Shown: positions 1-9,877 of the stretch, piece by piece
Layout: each line of letters starts with the position of its first letter
How positions within the stretch are numbered: the first letter of the stretch is position 1
Virus record (IMG/VR): IMGVR_UViG_3300014208_001446
Coordinates: 1 to 37,166 of that record
Direction: 5' to 3' (one strand)
Source: a virus
Taxonomy: Duplodnaviria > Caudoviricetes
DNA: 37,166 nucleotides
Made by a program: the position numbers and the translations under genes
Notes under the pieces: model-generated
What the model saw: the letters and a program-made list of their open reading frames with translations, nothing else
Told to the model about the DNA's origin: nothing
Database searches by the model: none

Positions 1-795
1 ATGAACCAGTACGAACAACTACTCAAATATATTTACGAAAACGGAATAAATAAATCCGATCGCACCGGTACGGGTACGCGTAGCATCTTTGGAGCCCAAT
101 TGCGTTTCAATCTGGAAGAAGGATTTCCATTGATTACTACCAAAAAGGTTCATATGAAATCCATCCTGCACGAATTGTTGTGGTTCATCAAAGGAGAAAC
201 CAATACCGCTTATCTGAAAGAAAATGGTGTGAGCATTTGGGACGAATGGGCCGATAAAGACGGAAACCTCGGACCGGTATACGGATACCAATGGAGAAGC
301 TGGCCAGCTCCCGATGGGCGTCATATAGATCAGTTGAGCGAAGTGATTGAAATGATCAAAAGCAATCCCGATTCGCGCCGGATGATAGTGAGTGCATGGA
401 ATGTAGCGGATCTTCCCAAAATGGCGCTGATGCCCTGCCATGCTTTTTTTCAGTTTTATGTGGCTGATGGAAAACTGAGTTGTCAGTTGTATCAGCGCAG
501 TGCAGATATGTTTCTGGGAGTGCCTTTCAATATTGCTTCTTATGCTTTGTTAACACATATGGTTGCACAGGTTTGCAATCTTAAACCCGGAGATTTTATT
601 CATACCTTTGGTGATGCACATATTTACACCAATCATTTTGAGCAGGTTGAATTGCAGTTGAGCCGCGACCCCAGAACCTATCCGGTATTGCGTATCAATC
701 CGGAGATTCGTTCGATCTTCGACTTTACCTACGGCGACTTTACCGTTGAAAACTACGACCCACATCCGGCCATTAAAGCACCGGTAGCGGTATAG
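1..795 (+). CDS. thyA: Thymidylate synthase (host)
   Basis: 264 aa; DRTGTGT, ELLWF, MALMPCH (catalytic Cys), [18 protein letters not shown] motifs. Confidence 0.98.
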   Translation: MNQYEQLLKYIYENGINKSDRTGTGTRSIFGAQLRFNLEEGFPLITTKKVHMKSILHELLWFIKGETNTAYLKENGVSIWDEWADKDGNLGPVYGYQWRSWPAPDGRHIDQLSEVIEMIKSNPDSRRMIVSAWNVADLPKMALMPCHAFFQFYVADGKLSCQLYQRSADMFLGVPFNIASYALLTHMVAQVCNLKPGDFIHTFGDAHIYTNHFEQVELQLSRDPRTYPVLRINPEIRSIFDFTYGDFTVENYDPHPAIKAPVAV

Positions 796-868
796 GATCT
801 GGTATTCTATTGAACTTTTTAAGGAAATTACAACAACTCCTGTTGCATAAGTAACCATAGAATTGATG

Positions 869-876
869 TACCTTTG
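869..876 (+). promoter_or_regulatory. Bacteroidota -7 promoter box for tmRNA
   Basis: TACCTTTG matches TAnnTTTG, 10 nt upstream of the tmRNA 5' end. Confidence 0.6.
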
Positions 877-886
877 TAGTTCATTT

Positions 887-1255
887 GGGGATGAATGGAA
901 TTGACGGGAAGTGCAAATGGCATGTAAGCACGCAGTGCATTGGGATATTGGCACTTTAATCTCAATACTCAAAACTCTAACAGGCGAAAATAACTTCGCT
1001 ATGGCTGCCTAATCCGGATAGATTACGCAATAGCCATTGTCCCGCAGGTGTTAGCTTAACCGCATCTGCAACCGGGGCATCATCAGGAAAAGTTGGATGA
1101 AGTACTGCTCCTGTGCTTCAGACGTAAATAAAGAGCTAAGCGCCGGTTTGGCCCGCCTTTCAGCCTGACCAGTGACGAAAACAATGAGAGGCTCAGCGTG
1201 AAGAAAGCATGACCTTTCCTCCTCCGGACGCGGGTTCGATACCCGCCATCTCCAC
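887..1255 (+). ncRNA. ssrA: tmRNA; tag peptide GENNFAMAA* at 983-1012
   Basis: 5' GGGGATG pairs with 3' CATCTCC-A; T-arm GCGGG-TTCGATA-CCCGC; internal tag frame ending AA-stop of Bacteroidota type. Confidence 0.95.
1241..1255 (+). repeat. attL core ACCCGCCATCTCCAC
   Basis: Identical to 35152-35166; is the tmRNA T-stem/acceptor 3' strand. Confidence 0.92.
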
Positions 1256-1259
1256 ATTG

Positions 1260-1295
1260 AACGCAAACGTACTGATTTTCAGGCGTTTGCGTTTT
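1260..1295 (+). terminator. Phage-supplied hairpin/terminator after tmRNA
   Basis: AACGCAAACG...CGTTTGCGTT stem followed by a short T run. Confidence 0.6.
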
Positions 1296-1318
1296 ACCGT
1301 ATCAAAAAAATATCATTC

Positions 1319-2467
1319 ATGAAAGAGTATAAGGAAGCCGAGATATACTTTGGTGCAAAAACCGGAAAGGATATCACCAAGCAATGGTACGTATACTACT
1401 ACTTCATGGATCCTGCAACCAGAAAGTTCAAACGGTTCATTGAAAAAAAGGGAATCAACCGGTTTCATACGATCCGGGAGAGAACATCTGAAGCAACTGC
1501 ACTCCGAGAAGCAATTAACCTGGAGCTTAAATCCGGATATAATCCTTTCGGGATTGGTTCATCCAAATTTACTATGAGCTTTGCCGGTGCGATGGATTAT
1601 TGTCTTACGAAGAAGGAGAAATCGTGGAGCCGAAAAACTTACCTCGATTACCGGTCAGGTTTGAAGTACATAAAGATTGGGCTTCAGCAAACCAAGCTGG
1701 ATAATGAATTAATCAACGAGGTGCGACGCGGAGACATCAAACGGCTATTATATCGTCTGAAGGAAGATCATTCCGTAAACACAGTAAATAAGTACCTGGC
1801 ACTGCTAAAATCTTTCTTTGCTGTATTGGTCGAAGATGAATTGATCGAAGTAAGTCCGGTTCATGGAATCAAAGAGGAAAGACAACCGGAGCGGAAGGGG
1901 TATAAGACAATGAGCAAAGGAGTCCGGGAAAAGGTGAAGGAATTAACCTATGAAGAATCATTTGCTTTTGGGGTGGTATGTGAAACAATCTATCAAACAG
2001 GAATCCGGCCAGCTGAGCTACTATCGCTTCAGTGGGATAACATCGATTTGCAGGACCTTATAATTACAGTCATTGAATCCAAGAACCGTAAGATCCGCAT
2101 AGTTCCAATTAACCAATCACTGGCCGATAAGTACCTTACTATTCAGAAAAACATTACAGGTGTTCAGAATGACTGGTATATATTCAGCAATAAATTTACA
2201 CTTGCGTCCGGCCCGAAGCGATTACACCGCAACCGGTTAACCGAAATGTGGGACAGAGTGATTCATAAAAACGGTGGACTACCAACGGATCTGAAACTAT
2301 ACGGACTGAAGCATTCCGGAGCCGATGACAAGATCATGTCGGGCATCCCGATTGAATATCTGCGGGACCTATATGGGCACCACTCTACCAAAATGACAAG
2401 GGTGTATGCGAAAAAGATGATCGAGAAGTCATCCCAAGTAATCAGGGATCAGTCGCCGGAGTTTTAA
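1319..2467 (+). CDS. Tyrosine recombinase (phage integrase)
   Basis: GIRPAE, LYGLKHSG, LYGH...TRVY catalytic boxes; adjacent to attL. Confidence 0.93.
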   Translation: MKEYKEAEIYFGAKTGKDITKQWYVYYYFMDPATRKFKRFIEKKGINRFHTIRERTSEATALREAINLELKSGYNPFGIGSSKFTMSFAGAMDYCLTKKEKSWSRKTYLDYRSGLKYIKIGLQQTKLDNELINEVRRGDIKRLLYRLKEDHSVNTVNKYLALLKSFFAVLVEDELIEVSPVHGIKEERQPERKGYKTMSKGVREKVKELTYEESFAFGVVCETIYQTGIRPAELLSLQWDNIDLQDLIITVIESKNRKIRIVPINQSLADKYLTIQKNITGVQNDWYIFSNKFTLASGPKRLHRNRLTEMWDRVIHKNGGLPTDLKLYGLKHSGADDKIMSGIPIEYLRDLYGHHSTKMTRVYAKKMIEKSSQVIRDQSPEF

Positions 2468-2479
2468 ATTAATTCAATT

Positions 2480-2950
2480 ATGTGTATATACCATATACTT
2501 AGAGATTTTGCTACACCAGTTGTGGCATTAGCAGGGTTTGTTTTAGCAAACAGAAACATTGTACATTCAGCAAACAAAAGTATAGATGCTGATTGGATCA
2601 AGCAAGTTAGATTAGCTATTCCAGAATTTCATAATTCTATTCTTGAATTTCAAAAGAACGAGAAATATGACGATTCAAAAATATCTCAAGCACTATTCAA
2701 GGTAACCCTTCTGCTTGATAGGGGTAACAAACTACATCATGAATATATCAATGAAATGAAGAGTCTTGTAGAATTAATACATGGTGCTAAAAGCGGAAAT
2801 CCGGTAAAAGATAAAGAAGGAAACATATATAATCCTGAATCGATTGACTTCAAGAAATATATCGGTTTACGGCTTGGAATGCTTGATTTCCAAATAACCG
2901 AAATTATCAAAGAGAAGATTACGAAAATGAACAGCTTCAGGATATGGTAA
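2480..2950 (+). CDS. Hypothetical moron-like protein with N-terminal hydrophobic segment
   Basis: AT-rich 156-aa ORF co-oriented with int and convergent with the lysis genes. Confidence 0.6.
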   Translation: MCIYHILRDFATPVVALAGFVLANRNIVHSANKSIDADWIKQVRLAIPEFHNSILEFQKNEKYDDSKISQALFKVTLLLDRGNKLHHEYINEMKSLVELIHGAKSGNPVKDKEGNIYNPESIDFKKYIGLRLGMLDFQITEIIKEKITKMNSFRIW

Positions 2951-2952
2951 CC

Positions 2953-3471
2953 TTATAGCAATAGGGCAACAACTACGGCAATTGCGCCACCGATCTTTAG
3001 GAACAAGTTCTGTTTCTTCAGTCCCGAATTCTCCGATTTCAACCCGGTTATAATTGTCGAATCATTCACGATCACCATTGCCTGAATTTTAATGATGGAA
3101 TCAGATAAGGTCAGCTGATCATGCGTGGCCACATTATCTATTCTCAGCCGGTTCATGGAATCGATCAAAAGGGAATCAACCTCCCACCGGTTTGAATCAA
3201 CTCTTTCAATATGGCCGATCGGCTTTAACTCCTGGGCCCGAAGTTCTACTGGTTTTGATTTATACTCAGTAAGTTTTTTTTGTTTTACCCGCTCAACTTC
3301 GACTTTCTTCAGCTCAATCTTTGGAATGATCGGCTTGAGCACCCTGTTATCTTTCTCTGCTTTGTCCACCTGTTTGGACAAATTTTGTCCAAAATGTCCA
3401 TTGCAAGTAATCAGGTTCAGGCACAAGCCCACAAGGATACCGGCCAGCAGATATAATAATTTTTCTTTCAT
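2953..3471 (-). CDS. Putative spanin-like lysis membrane protein
   Basis: Hydrophobic N- and C-termini with coiled-coil-like middle; end of lysis cassette. Confidence 0.5.
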   Translation of the reverse strand: MKEKLLYLLAGILVGLCLNLITCNGHFGQNLSKQVDKAEKDNRVLKPIIPKIELKKVEVERVKQKKLTEYKSKPVELRAQELKPIGHIERVDSNRWEVDSLLIDSMNRLRIDNVATHDQLTLSDSIIKIQAMVIVNDSTIITGLKSENSGLKKQNLFLKIGGAIAVVVALLL

Positions 3472-3758
3472 GGTTCTGGATCAAATGGTGGAGGTAGCGA
3501 TATGGTTTGACCTTTGAGTTTGTGATGGCAATCGGATTGAAATTCTATCTGTCCGTTGCGTACAAAGCTGTGGCACTGATCCGGATAACCTCTATTCACC
3601 ATTAAACTCGGTTCAAAGGTTGGCTTTTTGAAATCCCCGTTAAAGGACCAGCGATTATCGAACACATGGTAGTACTTACAGCCCAGGCAATAGAACATAA
3701 AATTCTTATTACCCATATCTCTTACGAGATCACCCGGCTCTGGCAAATGTTCTTTCAT
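3468..3758 (-). CDS. Small Cys/His protein (DUF6527-like)
   Basis: CxxC...H, WSFNGD..KPTF.PS, CHSFV..G.I.F..DC.H pattern. Confidence 0.6.
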   Translation of the reverse strand: MKEHLPEPGDLVRDMGNKNFMFYCLGCKYYHVFDNRWSFNGDFKKPTFEPSLMVNRGYPDQCHSFVRNGQIEFQSDCHHKLKGQTISLPPPFDPEP

Positions 3759-4321
3759 ATTGAATACCGGATGAAGTTTTTCTCCAGCGTAATGTTATAC
3801 GGTTCGCGACCCCACTGGATAGCTTTTTGTTTGTAGAGCGGACCATTATATAACGTGGCCACCACATGCCAGTCGTTTGATTTTATTGCGGTGTGAAGTT
3901 TGGGACCTGTCTTGATAAATTCAGTCAGTCCCCATACCTGGTTAAACTCCCCACGCTTAAATTCATCCCACATTTCACCAACTGACCGGTAGCTTAACCG
4001 CTTCCAGTGCAACCCAAGGATCTGTGGTAAGCCGATCGATGTCGATTCCATAGCCGATACCGGATCGATCCCATACGCATTATTGAAAGCAAGCCATTCC
4101 TTTGATTGTACTTCGACCTTGTTGATTGACCATTTTCCGGATGGAGCAAACGGTTCTTTTCTTTTAAACCACACCGGTTCAAATTGAATCAGCAACTTAC
4201 CGTTATCCGGATCAAATCCTCTTCCCGGGCTTTCGGTCATTATGAAAGCCATCATCTGGGCATAGCTCAATCCGATGCGCTGGCCGAGCGATGTGATTTC
4301 CTGTGGTGTGATCCGGTTCAT
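3755..4321 (-). CDS. Endolysin, N-acetylmuramidase (DUF3380-like)
   Basis: ES.GRGF, I.FE..WF, TSIGLPQILG, A.LYNGP.Y motifs; next to holin. Confidence 0.88.
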   Translation of the reverse strand: MNRITPQEITSLGQRIGLSYAQMMAFIMTESPGRGFDPDNGKLLIQFEPVWFKRKEPFAPSGKWSINKVEVQSKEWLAFNNAYGIDPVSAMESTSIGLPQILGLHWKRLSYRSVGEMWDEFKRGEFNQVWGLTEFIKTGPKLHTAIKSNDWHVVATLYNGPLYKQKAIQWGREPYNITLEKNFIRYSI

Positions 4322-4551
4322 TGGGTAGGTCCGGAATAGATATTTCTATCTGTGCGTGTATTGGTCCAGAACTTTAACACAATTAGCAGCGCACCCATTA
4401 CCCATGCCATCCAGTTTTTTAACGGACCATCTTCAAGTGGCATTGATTTAATAATTGGCTCAATAGCGATAGCTAATAGCAGCGCAAAGTCGCCGATTCT
4501 GCGCCACTTTTTGGGTGTTGGCTTGCGATGGTTTTCAATAAGCTGTTTCAT
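4318..4551 (-). CDS. Putative holin
   Basis: 77 aa, basic N-terminus (PTPKKWRRIGD), two hydrophobic helices, overlaps the endolysin start. Confidence 0.7.
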   Translation of the reverse strand: MKQLIENHRKPTPKKWRRIGDFALLLAIAIEPIIKSMPLEDGPLKNWMAWVMGALLIVLKFWTNTRTDRNIYSGPTQ

Positions 4552-4762
4552 CTGATTCGGATTGTTTTTGGTTTTACATATACCGATTGTTCAATGTTGT
4601 CTACCCGCTGCTTCAACTCCTTCACCTGCTCAGTTTTACAGCGTTCTCCGTGATAAGCGTATTCAGTTTGGTATCAATCGACCACAGTAAGCCGATCACA
4701 AACGATGCTGCGGTAACCATTACCCAGTTGAATACTTTAGTCTTGTCTTGTTGATAGGTCAT
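4548..4762 (-). pseudogene. Small TM + coiled-coil lysis-region gene with a frameshift near 4634-4638
   Basis: ATG 4762 gives MTYQQDKTKVFNWVMVTAASFVIGLLWSID...AVKLSR* (46 aa); the -1 frame continues TEQVKELKQRVDNIEQ...IRIR* to a TGA overlapping the holin ATG. Confidence 0.55.
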
Positions 4763-4775
4763 AGTATGTCTGATA

Positions 4776-5060
4776 TCATGCAAACACATGCTTTGGATTG
4801 TTAACGATAATTTCTGTTGCTCCGAAATTTATATCCTGCTCACACATTACATCCACATGAAATCCGGGAAGATGTGTTGCTGGTGTAACCAGATCAACGC
4901 CATCACCATTTGGCTCAACAATAGGAGGGGTCTGTTCAATCAACCCAACAAACACAACCGCATGACATAGAATGTTTGAATCAACATCCAATAACCCCTT
5001 TGTTTTTAAATCGGCAATCGCTGCCGTTTTTGAGTTGTACCTTAGTTTGTAAATATTCAT
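4776..5060 (-). CDS. Small fibre-associated hypothetical protein
   Basis: 94 aa, directly follows the fibre gene. Confidence 0.6.
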   Translation of the reverse strand: MNIYKLRYNSKTAAIADLKTKGLLDVDSNILCHAVVFVGLIEQTPPIVEPNGDGVDLVTPATHLPGFHVDVMCEQDINFGATEIIVNNPKHVFA

Positions 5061-5061
5061 A

Positions 5062-7749
5062 TTAAAGTGTAGTTAGTGTTTCACATAAATCATCGCTCAA
5101 CGCTTCATCGTAGGCATATCCATCATAAAGCCGGCCACGGAGGTTGTATCCGGAAATACCGCCGCCCTCATCTTTTGCTGCACCAAAAATTTCAAGTTCA
5201 AAATTGTTTGCATCAACAGCGGTAGTGTCGGTCAATGCACCATCAACAAACAGCTTTACTGATGTTCCACTGCGTTTTACTGCAATTTTGTGACGAGCGT
5301 TTAAAGAGACTGCACTTCCAATTTGTGTTTCAGTACCACCCAGAGATTTAAAATATATCCCACCTGCTGCCAGATACACATATGAATTTCCACTGCCATT
5401 GTAGCTACCAAAAGCCATTGATCCTGCCTCAATCGCGTAAAAATCATAAAACACGGTCATGTCAGTCATGGTTATTGCTGTACCGAATGAGGTAGTATTC
5501 CCGGCATTTCGTGTGGCGGCGGCAGATGTTGTTGGTATGGTGCTTGTAGGATAACTTGATTCCTCTATTTGCGCTTCATAAATATAAACCCCATCTGTTC
5601 CATTAGTGGTTGAGGTTGTTGAACCGTCGGCATCTACTGGACCAGAATAAAAATTTCCGGTTGTCGAAGAACTTGTTTGCGTTACCCGTAAACGATACCA
5701 GCCACTGCCAACACTTTCTATTGTTGCAGAGGTTATGTTCGAACCGGTTGTGCCGATAGTTCCTGCTGATACATTAAACCAAACTGCATCGTTTCCGTCA
5801 GCAGCATTTACACCAAAATGCCTGAACCAGGTAAAGCCCGATGCTTTTACATATACTGTTGTTGTACAAGCAACTCCAGAAGAAATTGTAATAGCCTTAT
5901 CCAGAGTTCTATTTGCACCTGTTGTAGTAGGATAAAGTAGGTATGCGTTTGTAGTTCCGTCCGGAGATACGGCGGCAGCTGCAACTACTGTAGTATTGGT
6001 TTTTGTCCAATATGCGTTATCAAATTCATTTGAACGCTGAAGCAGATTGGTGGATTGTTTTTCAAGCAGCCAGTATGGGCACCCGCCACCGATCGGATAA
6101 TTTAATTGCGGCACGTTGGAGGCTACTGATACCAAAAAGCCGGACTCATTAAACCGAGGTGCGGTTGTCGCCCGTGTGTACCCCAAGTCTGAATTTCCGT
6201 TCGTTGGTAATGCGGCGTAAATCAAACTGGCCTTGCAGCCATTTGAACTGATCAAACAGGACAGGTTATCATAAACGCCATTATTCATCAACTGCATAAT
6301 GAGCGTGGTCAGGCAGTTGTACGCCTCAAACGTACCACTATCTGCTACTACACGAGCTTGGAAAGACGATGCGGCAATGGCCGGTAAAGAAGTAGTGCTG
6401 GATGCACCAATTCCGATTGTGTTAGAAATTATTGTCATAACGGTAATTATATATTCGTATGTAGGATCAAGACCTTCGATATCATAGGTCAGCACGTTTC
6501 CGGCGTCTACAAATACCGGCTCGTTACCTTGATCGTCCTGATATTTGATTAGATATCCGATTGCTGTTTTTACCGCTGCCCAGGTAAGGGTGGCTGTGTT
6601 TGGAGCGGTATATTCAAATGAAACTACCGGTGTAGTTGGATATGGTAGCTGAGTTGATATACCAGGTACCAGTTCTGTAATTGGTGCGAAAGTATCACCA
6701 ACTACAATCAACTGTACATAACCATTCAGGTGATCAGCGCCGCCCTTATTACCAAGCCAGCATCTGTTTACGTTTGCAAAATCAAATGGTTGAGCAGAAA
6801 AAGCCTCAATAGGAATCTGGCCATTAAAAGCAGCTTCTTGTCGCAGATCCTTATAGCTGAGTACAAGTTCAAACTGGGTAGTTCTACCGGCATCTGTTTC
6901 GTCAAAATCAGAAGTGCTGAAATACTTATTTTCAGTTATACCAATGTTTGCCAGCGTTGAGGTTGAGTCGCGCTTTATGCCCATTTGAATATAATCGCCG
7001 GTTTCATCACTCTTTTGAAAGAACGCGGCGAATGTTTCGTTATTGGCAAACCCGCCGGTGAATTTAACCTGGACAGTTCCTTCGTCTGGATTGAACCAGT
7101 TGCGTACATCAGTTTGATCGATTTCAAGATACGCCTCATCTGCATTTCGCGTTACCGCTGCTGAGGTAGTAATAATGGGAGAAGTAGCTATTGAACCCGC
7201 CTCCAGCTGGGCAACATCAATTGCGAATTCAACATCATCTTCCAGGCACTTTATTTTTATAGTGGGGTTGCTGCAGGTTTGGGTAACCTTAATTCGAACC
7301 CACACATTAAGCATAGGTTGAACCTGAACATAATCAGTTCCGTTAACTGAGAGGTAAATGTTTGCGGTGGTGGTAAAGGATAGTAGTTTAATAAATATAC
7401 TGAGTGTTCTTTCAGCGCTTGCGGCCGTGAATGTTTGGGAAACAATTGCATTTGCAGCGGTGGTTAAAATATGCGATGCTGAACTGCTTACACCGTCTAT
7501 TCCTGATTGATTAAGCGTGGCAGTGCAGTTGGTTTTTGTCCATGCTGCATTGGTAAGGTCACGCGAGTATAGGCAAAGATTCTCTGCTGATTTCTCAACC
7601 AATAATCCCATCGGCCGGCATAGTCTTGGGGTATCGGCCAAAAACTGAACGAGCTTTCCGTTATCGAATCCCCACGCATTATCTGTTGCGCGGGTGCACT
7701 TCACGAAATACGGCAGGTTGGTTATATCGGTGAAGTTAATCCGTAACAT
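5062..7749 (-). CDS. Fibre / receptor-binding protein: two carbohydrate-binding + LamG-like modules separated by an FN3-like domain
   Basis: Duplicated motifs (TRAT; LLVEK/LLEK..NL..S..L/F.NA.WTKTN; Q.E...TS.I.TTSAA.TRNA); FN3-like ATLTW...GYLIKY...GLDPTYEY. Confidence 0.75.
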   Translation of the reverse strand: MLRINFTDITNLPYFVKCTRATDNAWGFDNGKLVQFLADTPRLCRPMGLLVEKSAENLCLYSRDLTNAAWTKTNCTATLNQSGIDGVSSSASHILTTAANAIVSQTFTAASAERTLSIFIKLLSFTTTANIYLSVNGTDYVQVQPMLNVWVRIKVTQTCSNPTIKIKCLEDDVEFAIDVAQLEAGSIATSPIITTSAAVTRNADEAYLEIDQTDVRNWFNPDEGTVQVKFTGGFANNETFAAFFQKSDETGDYIQMGIKRDSTSTLANIGITENKYFSTSDFDETDAGRTTQFELVLSYKDLRQEAAFNGQIPIEAFSAQPFDFANVNRCWLGNKGGADHLNGYVQLIVVGDTFAPITELVPGISTQLPYPTTPVVSFEYTAPNTATLTWAAVKTAIGYLIKYQDDQGNEPVFVDAGNVLTYDIEGLDPTYEYIITVMTIISNTIGIGASSTTSLPAIAASSFQARVVADSGTFEAYNCLTTLIMQLMNNGVYDNLSCLISSNGCKASLIYAALPTNGNSDLGYTRATTAPRFNESGFLVSVASNVPQLNYPIGGGCPYWLLEKQSTNLLQRSNEFDNAYWTKTNTTVVAAAAVSPDGTTNAYLLYPTTTGANRTLDKAITISSGVACTTTVYVKASGFTWFRHFGVNAADGNDAVWFNVSAGTIGTTGSNITSATIESVGSGWYRLRVTQTSSSTTGNFYSGPVDADGSTTSTTNGTDGVYIYEAQIEESSYPTSTIPTTSAAATRNAGNTTSFGTAITMTDMTVFYDFYAIEAGSMAFGSYNGSGNSYVYLAAGGIYFKSLGGTETQIGSAVSLNARHKIAVKRSGTSVKLFVDGALTDTTAVDANNFELEIFGAAKDEGGGISGYNLRGRLYDGYAYDEALSDDLCETLTTL

Positions 7750-9877
7750 TGTCGAAAATCAATTTTACTTTTCCATCAATAACCTTTCCTTTCAGATAGG
7801 CTTTATCTCCTTCGGCTGCTCCGGTTGGAAACCCATCCACATTCTGAACAAGAAACTCATCAGAATTCTGACCACGGACCGCCACAATTTGTCGTACAGC
7901 TTCAGCAATGATCGATTGCTTGTTAGCCATTTCAGAAACGCTCTCTTGCAGATTACCGATATCAAATATTGCACCGGCCAGTCGGTTTGCGGTTTGATCG
8001 TTGCGGCCATATGTTGGCTGAGCCTGATCCACCGGAAATACTGTTGTACTTCTGCTGATCTGCACCCATTCACCAGTCCACTCGGCACGCATTAAATCAT
8101 GTTCTCCGGCATTGAACATCATTACCCTGTCTCTCCAGGTGAACGTCTTTGCAGGGGTATAAGAGTAATTCATAAAGGCAGTACCTGTAAGTACGTGCAT
8201 CGGAAGGTTTCTGAAACGCATAATTTCTCTGGCATACAAATGTGCAAGTCTGAATCCTGTAGTTGCCGTGCTTCCTACCGCCCACATGGTGGATGCAACC
8301 CATGCAGATCCATTATATACCTGCAGGCCACCAATTACTGGAGTAAATGCACCATCACCCAGCGTTGTATCAAATTCATCTACCTTAGATAGGCTTCCGT
8401 AATTGGTATTATCACACTGGTAGGTTTTGGTTGATTCTCCAATAGGCCTTCCATTGGCATCATAACCGACTACCATTTGGGCAATACCTTCACATTCGAA
8501 AGGAACTGGACCAGCTGCATAGCTGACACCGAGCACGGTAATAATATAGGACGCTACTTCAAATTCAGGTACCGGTGGTGTGGTTAGTTCTATCTGAGTA
8601 ATAGCCTGAGAAACATTAACTGGCCATGTTAAATATATAGTGTTGTTTTTAAACCACCCACGATTAGCGACCCACGTATCGCCAATACCCGGAAAATTCT
8701 GTTTTGTGTATAAATCACCATAATACCAGTCGCCACTTTGTATGCGCACCCGCGCAGTGCCATTTGGATTTACCACAATACCCAGCGAGTTGTTTTTCTC
8801 ATACACAAATCCCATCTGGAGTTTAAATTTCAAACACATTTGGTGAGTCATACGGTTATCCTGTTGAGGACCCCACAATCCCGGACCGGTAATGGTATGC
8901 TCCAGCGATGCGCTATCGTATGGGTATTCTAATCCCTTACTGAATTTTTCGTATGAGATTACTGTATGGTTTATCCGCTGAGCTTTTAACTGAGGTAGGT
9001 ACGACCACTTCATGGAAGCGATAGGCATGCGCACTCCAGCTTGAGGAAACGAAAGGTTAACCGTATACGACGCACTGGATAAGAAAGATGCAGCCTTGGA
9101 GTATTTATAAAACGTGTTGGTGGTATTGGTCAGGTTCTCTGCATGGATAATACACCAGGTACCATCGATCATTTTGATTTGGGCCCCAAAGGAGGAAAGA
9201 ATTTTTTCAATAACATCCCATGCCTTGGAGGCTACAATGTTTTCGTAATCTTCGAGCCATGTGAGTAGTGATGCCCGTAAATTAGGTAACACTCCACCTG
9301 TGGCACTTTGATTGATATCGTACCAGTTGATGGAAGATTGAATATACACATCGTTTATTCCCCACTGCGCCTGAGTGCCGGTGTAAGCCAATGCTTGGCA
9401 AAGCACTTCAAGCAGTGATTTATATCCGGTTTGTTCGGTGGCATAGCTAAACTCTTGATCACGGGTTAAAGACAGACCGTCCGTGGCCGTAATGGTGTAT
9501 GCATAAAATGGAGCATCGTCGTATTCAATAGCATCCTGAATCATGGCATAAATACCTTGCAATGTCCACACAGATGCTATATTGATATAATGCTTTACGA
9601 AAACACGTTGAGTAGTGTAACCAGCAACAGCGCTGATCCAAGTTGCAAGAGTTGTGGTGGTGGGAGAAACCTCCATCGGCACACTGATACTGGATGCACG
9701 CATAGGGGAGGTAATAAAGTTTTCGCCCTCTCCATCCCATACCACTTTTACCGGAGCGTATGAGGCGTCAAAAGTTTCTGTCGTACCATCGTAAGAGGTA
9801 TCGATAATGTCGATGCGATGCTGGATGTGATCGCTCGATTCATCGTAAAACTCGGTGCGCCATCTTATGTTGCTCAT
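7736..9877 (-). CDS. Tail tip / hub-type structural protein
   Basis: 713 aa between tape measure and fibre; ITATDGL motif; beta-rich. Confidence 0.6.
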   Translation of the reverse strand: MSNIRWRTEFYDESSDHIQHRIDIIDTSYDGTTETFDASYAPVKVVWDGEGENFITSPMRASSISVPMEVSPTTTTLATWISAVAGYTTQRVFVKHYINIASVWTLQGIYAMIQDAIEYDDAPFYAYTITATDGLSLTRDQEFSYATEQTGYKSLLEVLCQALAYTGTQAQWGINDVYIQSSINWYDINQSATGGVLPNLRASLLTWLEDYENIVASKAWDVIEKILSSFGAQIKMIDGTWCIIHAENLTNTTNTFYKYSKAASFLSSASYTVNLSFPQAGVRMPIASMKWSYLPQLKAQRINHTVISYEKFSKGLEYPYDSASLEHTITGPGLWGPQQDNRMTHQMCLKFKLQMGFVYEKNNSLGIVVNPNGTARVRIQSGDWYYGDLYTKQNFPGIGDTWVANRGWFKNNTIYLTWPVNVSQAITQIELTTPPVPEFEVASYIITVLGVSYAAGPVPFECEGIAQMVVGYDANGRPIGESTKTYQCDNTNYGSLSKVDEFDTTLGDGAFTPVIGGLQVYNGSAWVASTMWAVGSTATTGFRLAHLYAREIMRFRNLPMHVLTGTAFMNYSYTPAKTFTWRDRVMMFNAGEHDLMRAEWTGEWVQISRSTTVFPVDQAQPTYGRNDQTANRLAGAIFDIGNLQESVSEMANKQSIIAEAVRQIVAVRGQNSDEFLVQNVDGFPTGAAEGDKAYLKGKVIDGKVKLIFDNVTD

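Noticed and set aside
1051-1266. 71-aa ORF (and 550-972 ORF) on the minus strand
   Set aside because: Antisense to tmRNA/thyA
5062-7749. Fibre gene as a remote DGR target
   Set aside because: No TR-like segment seen by eye; a BLASTN-short search of the TR against the genome would be decisive
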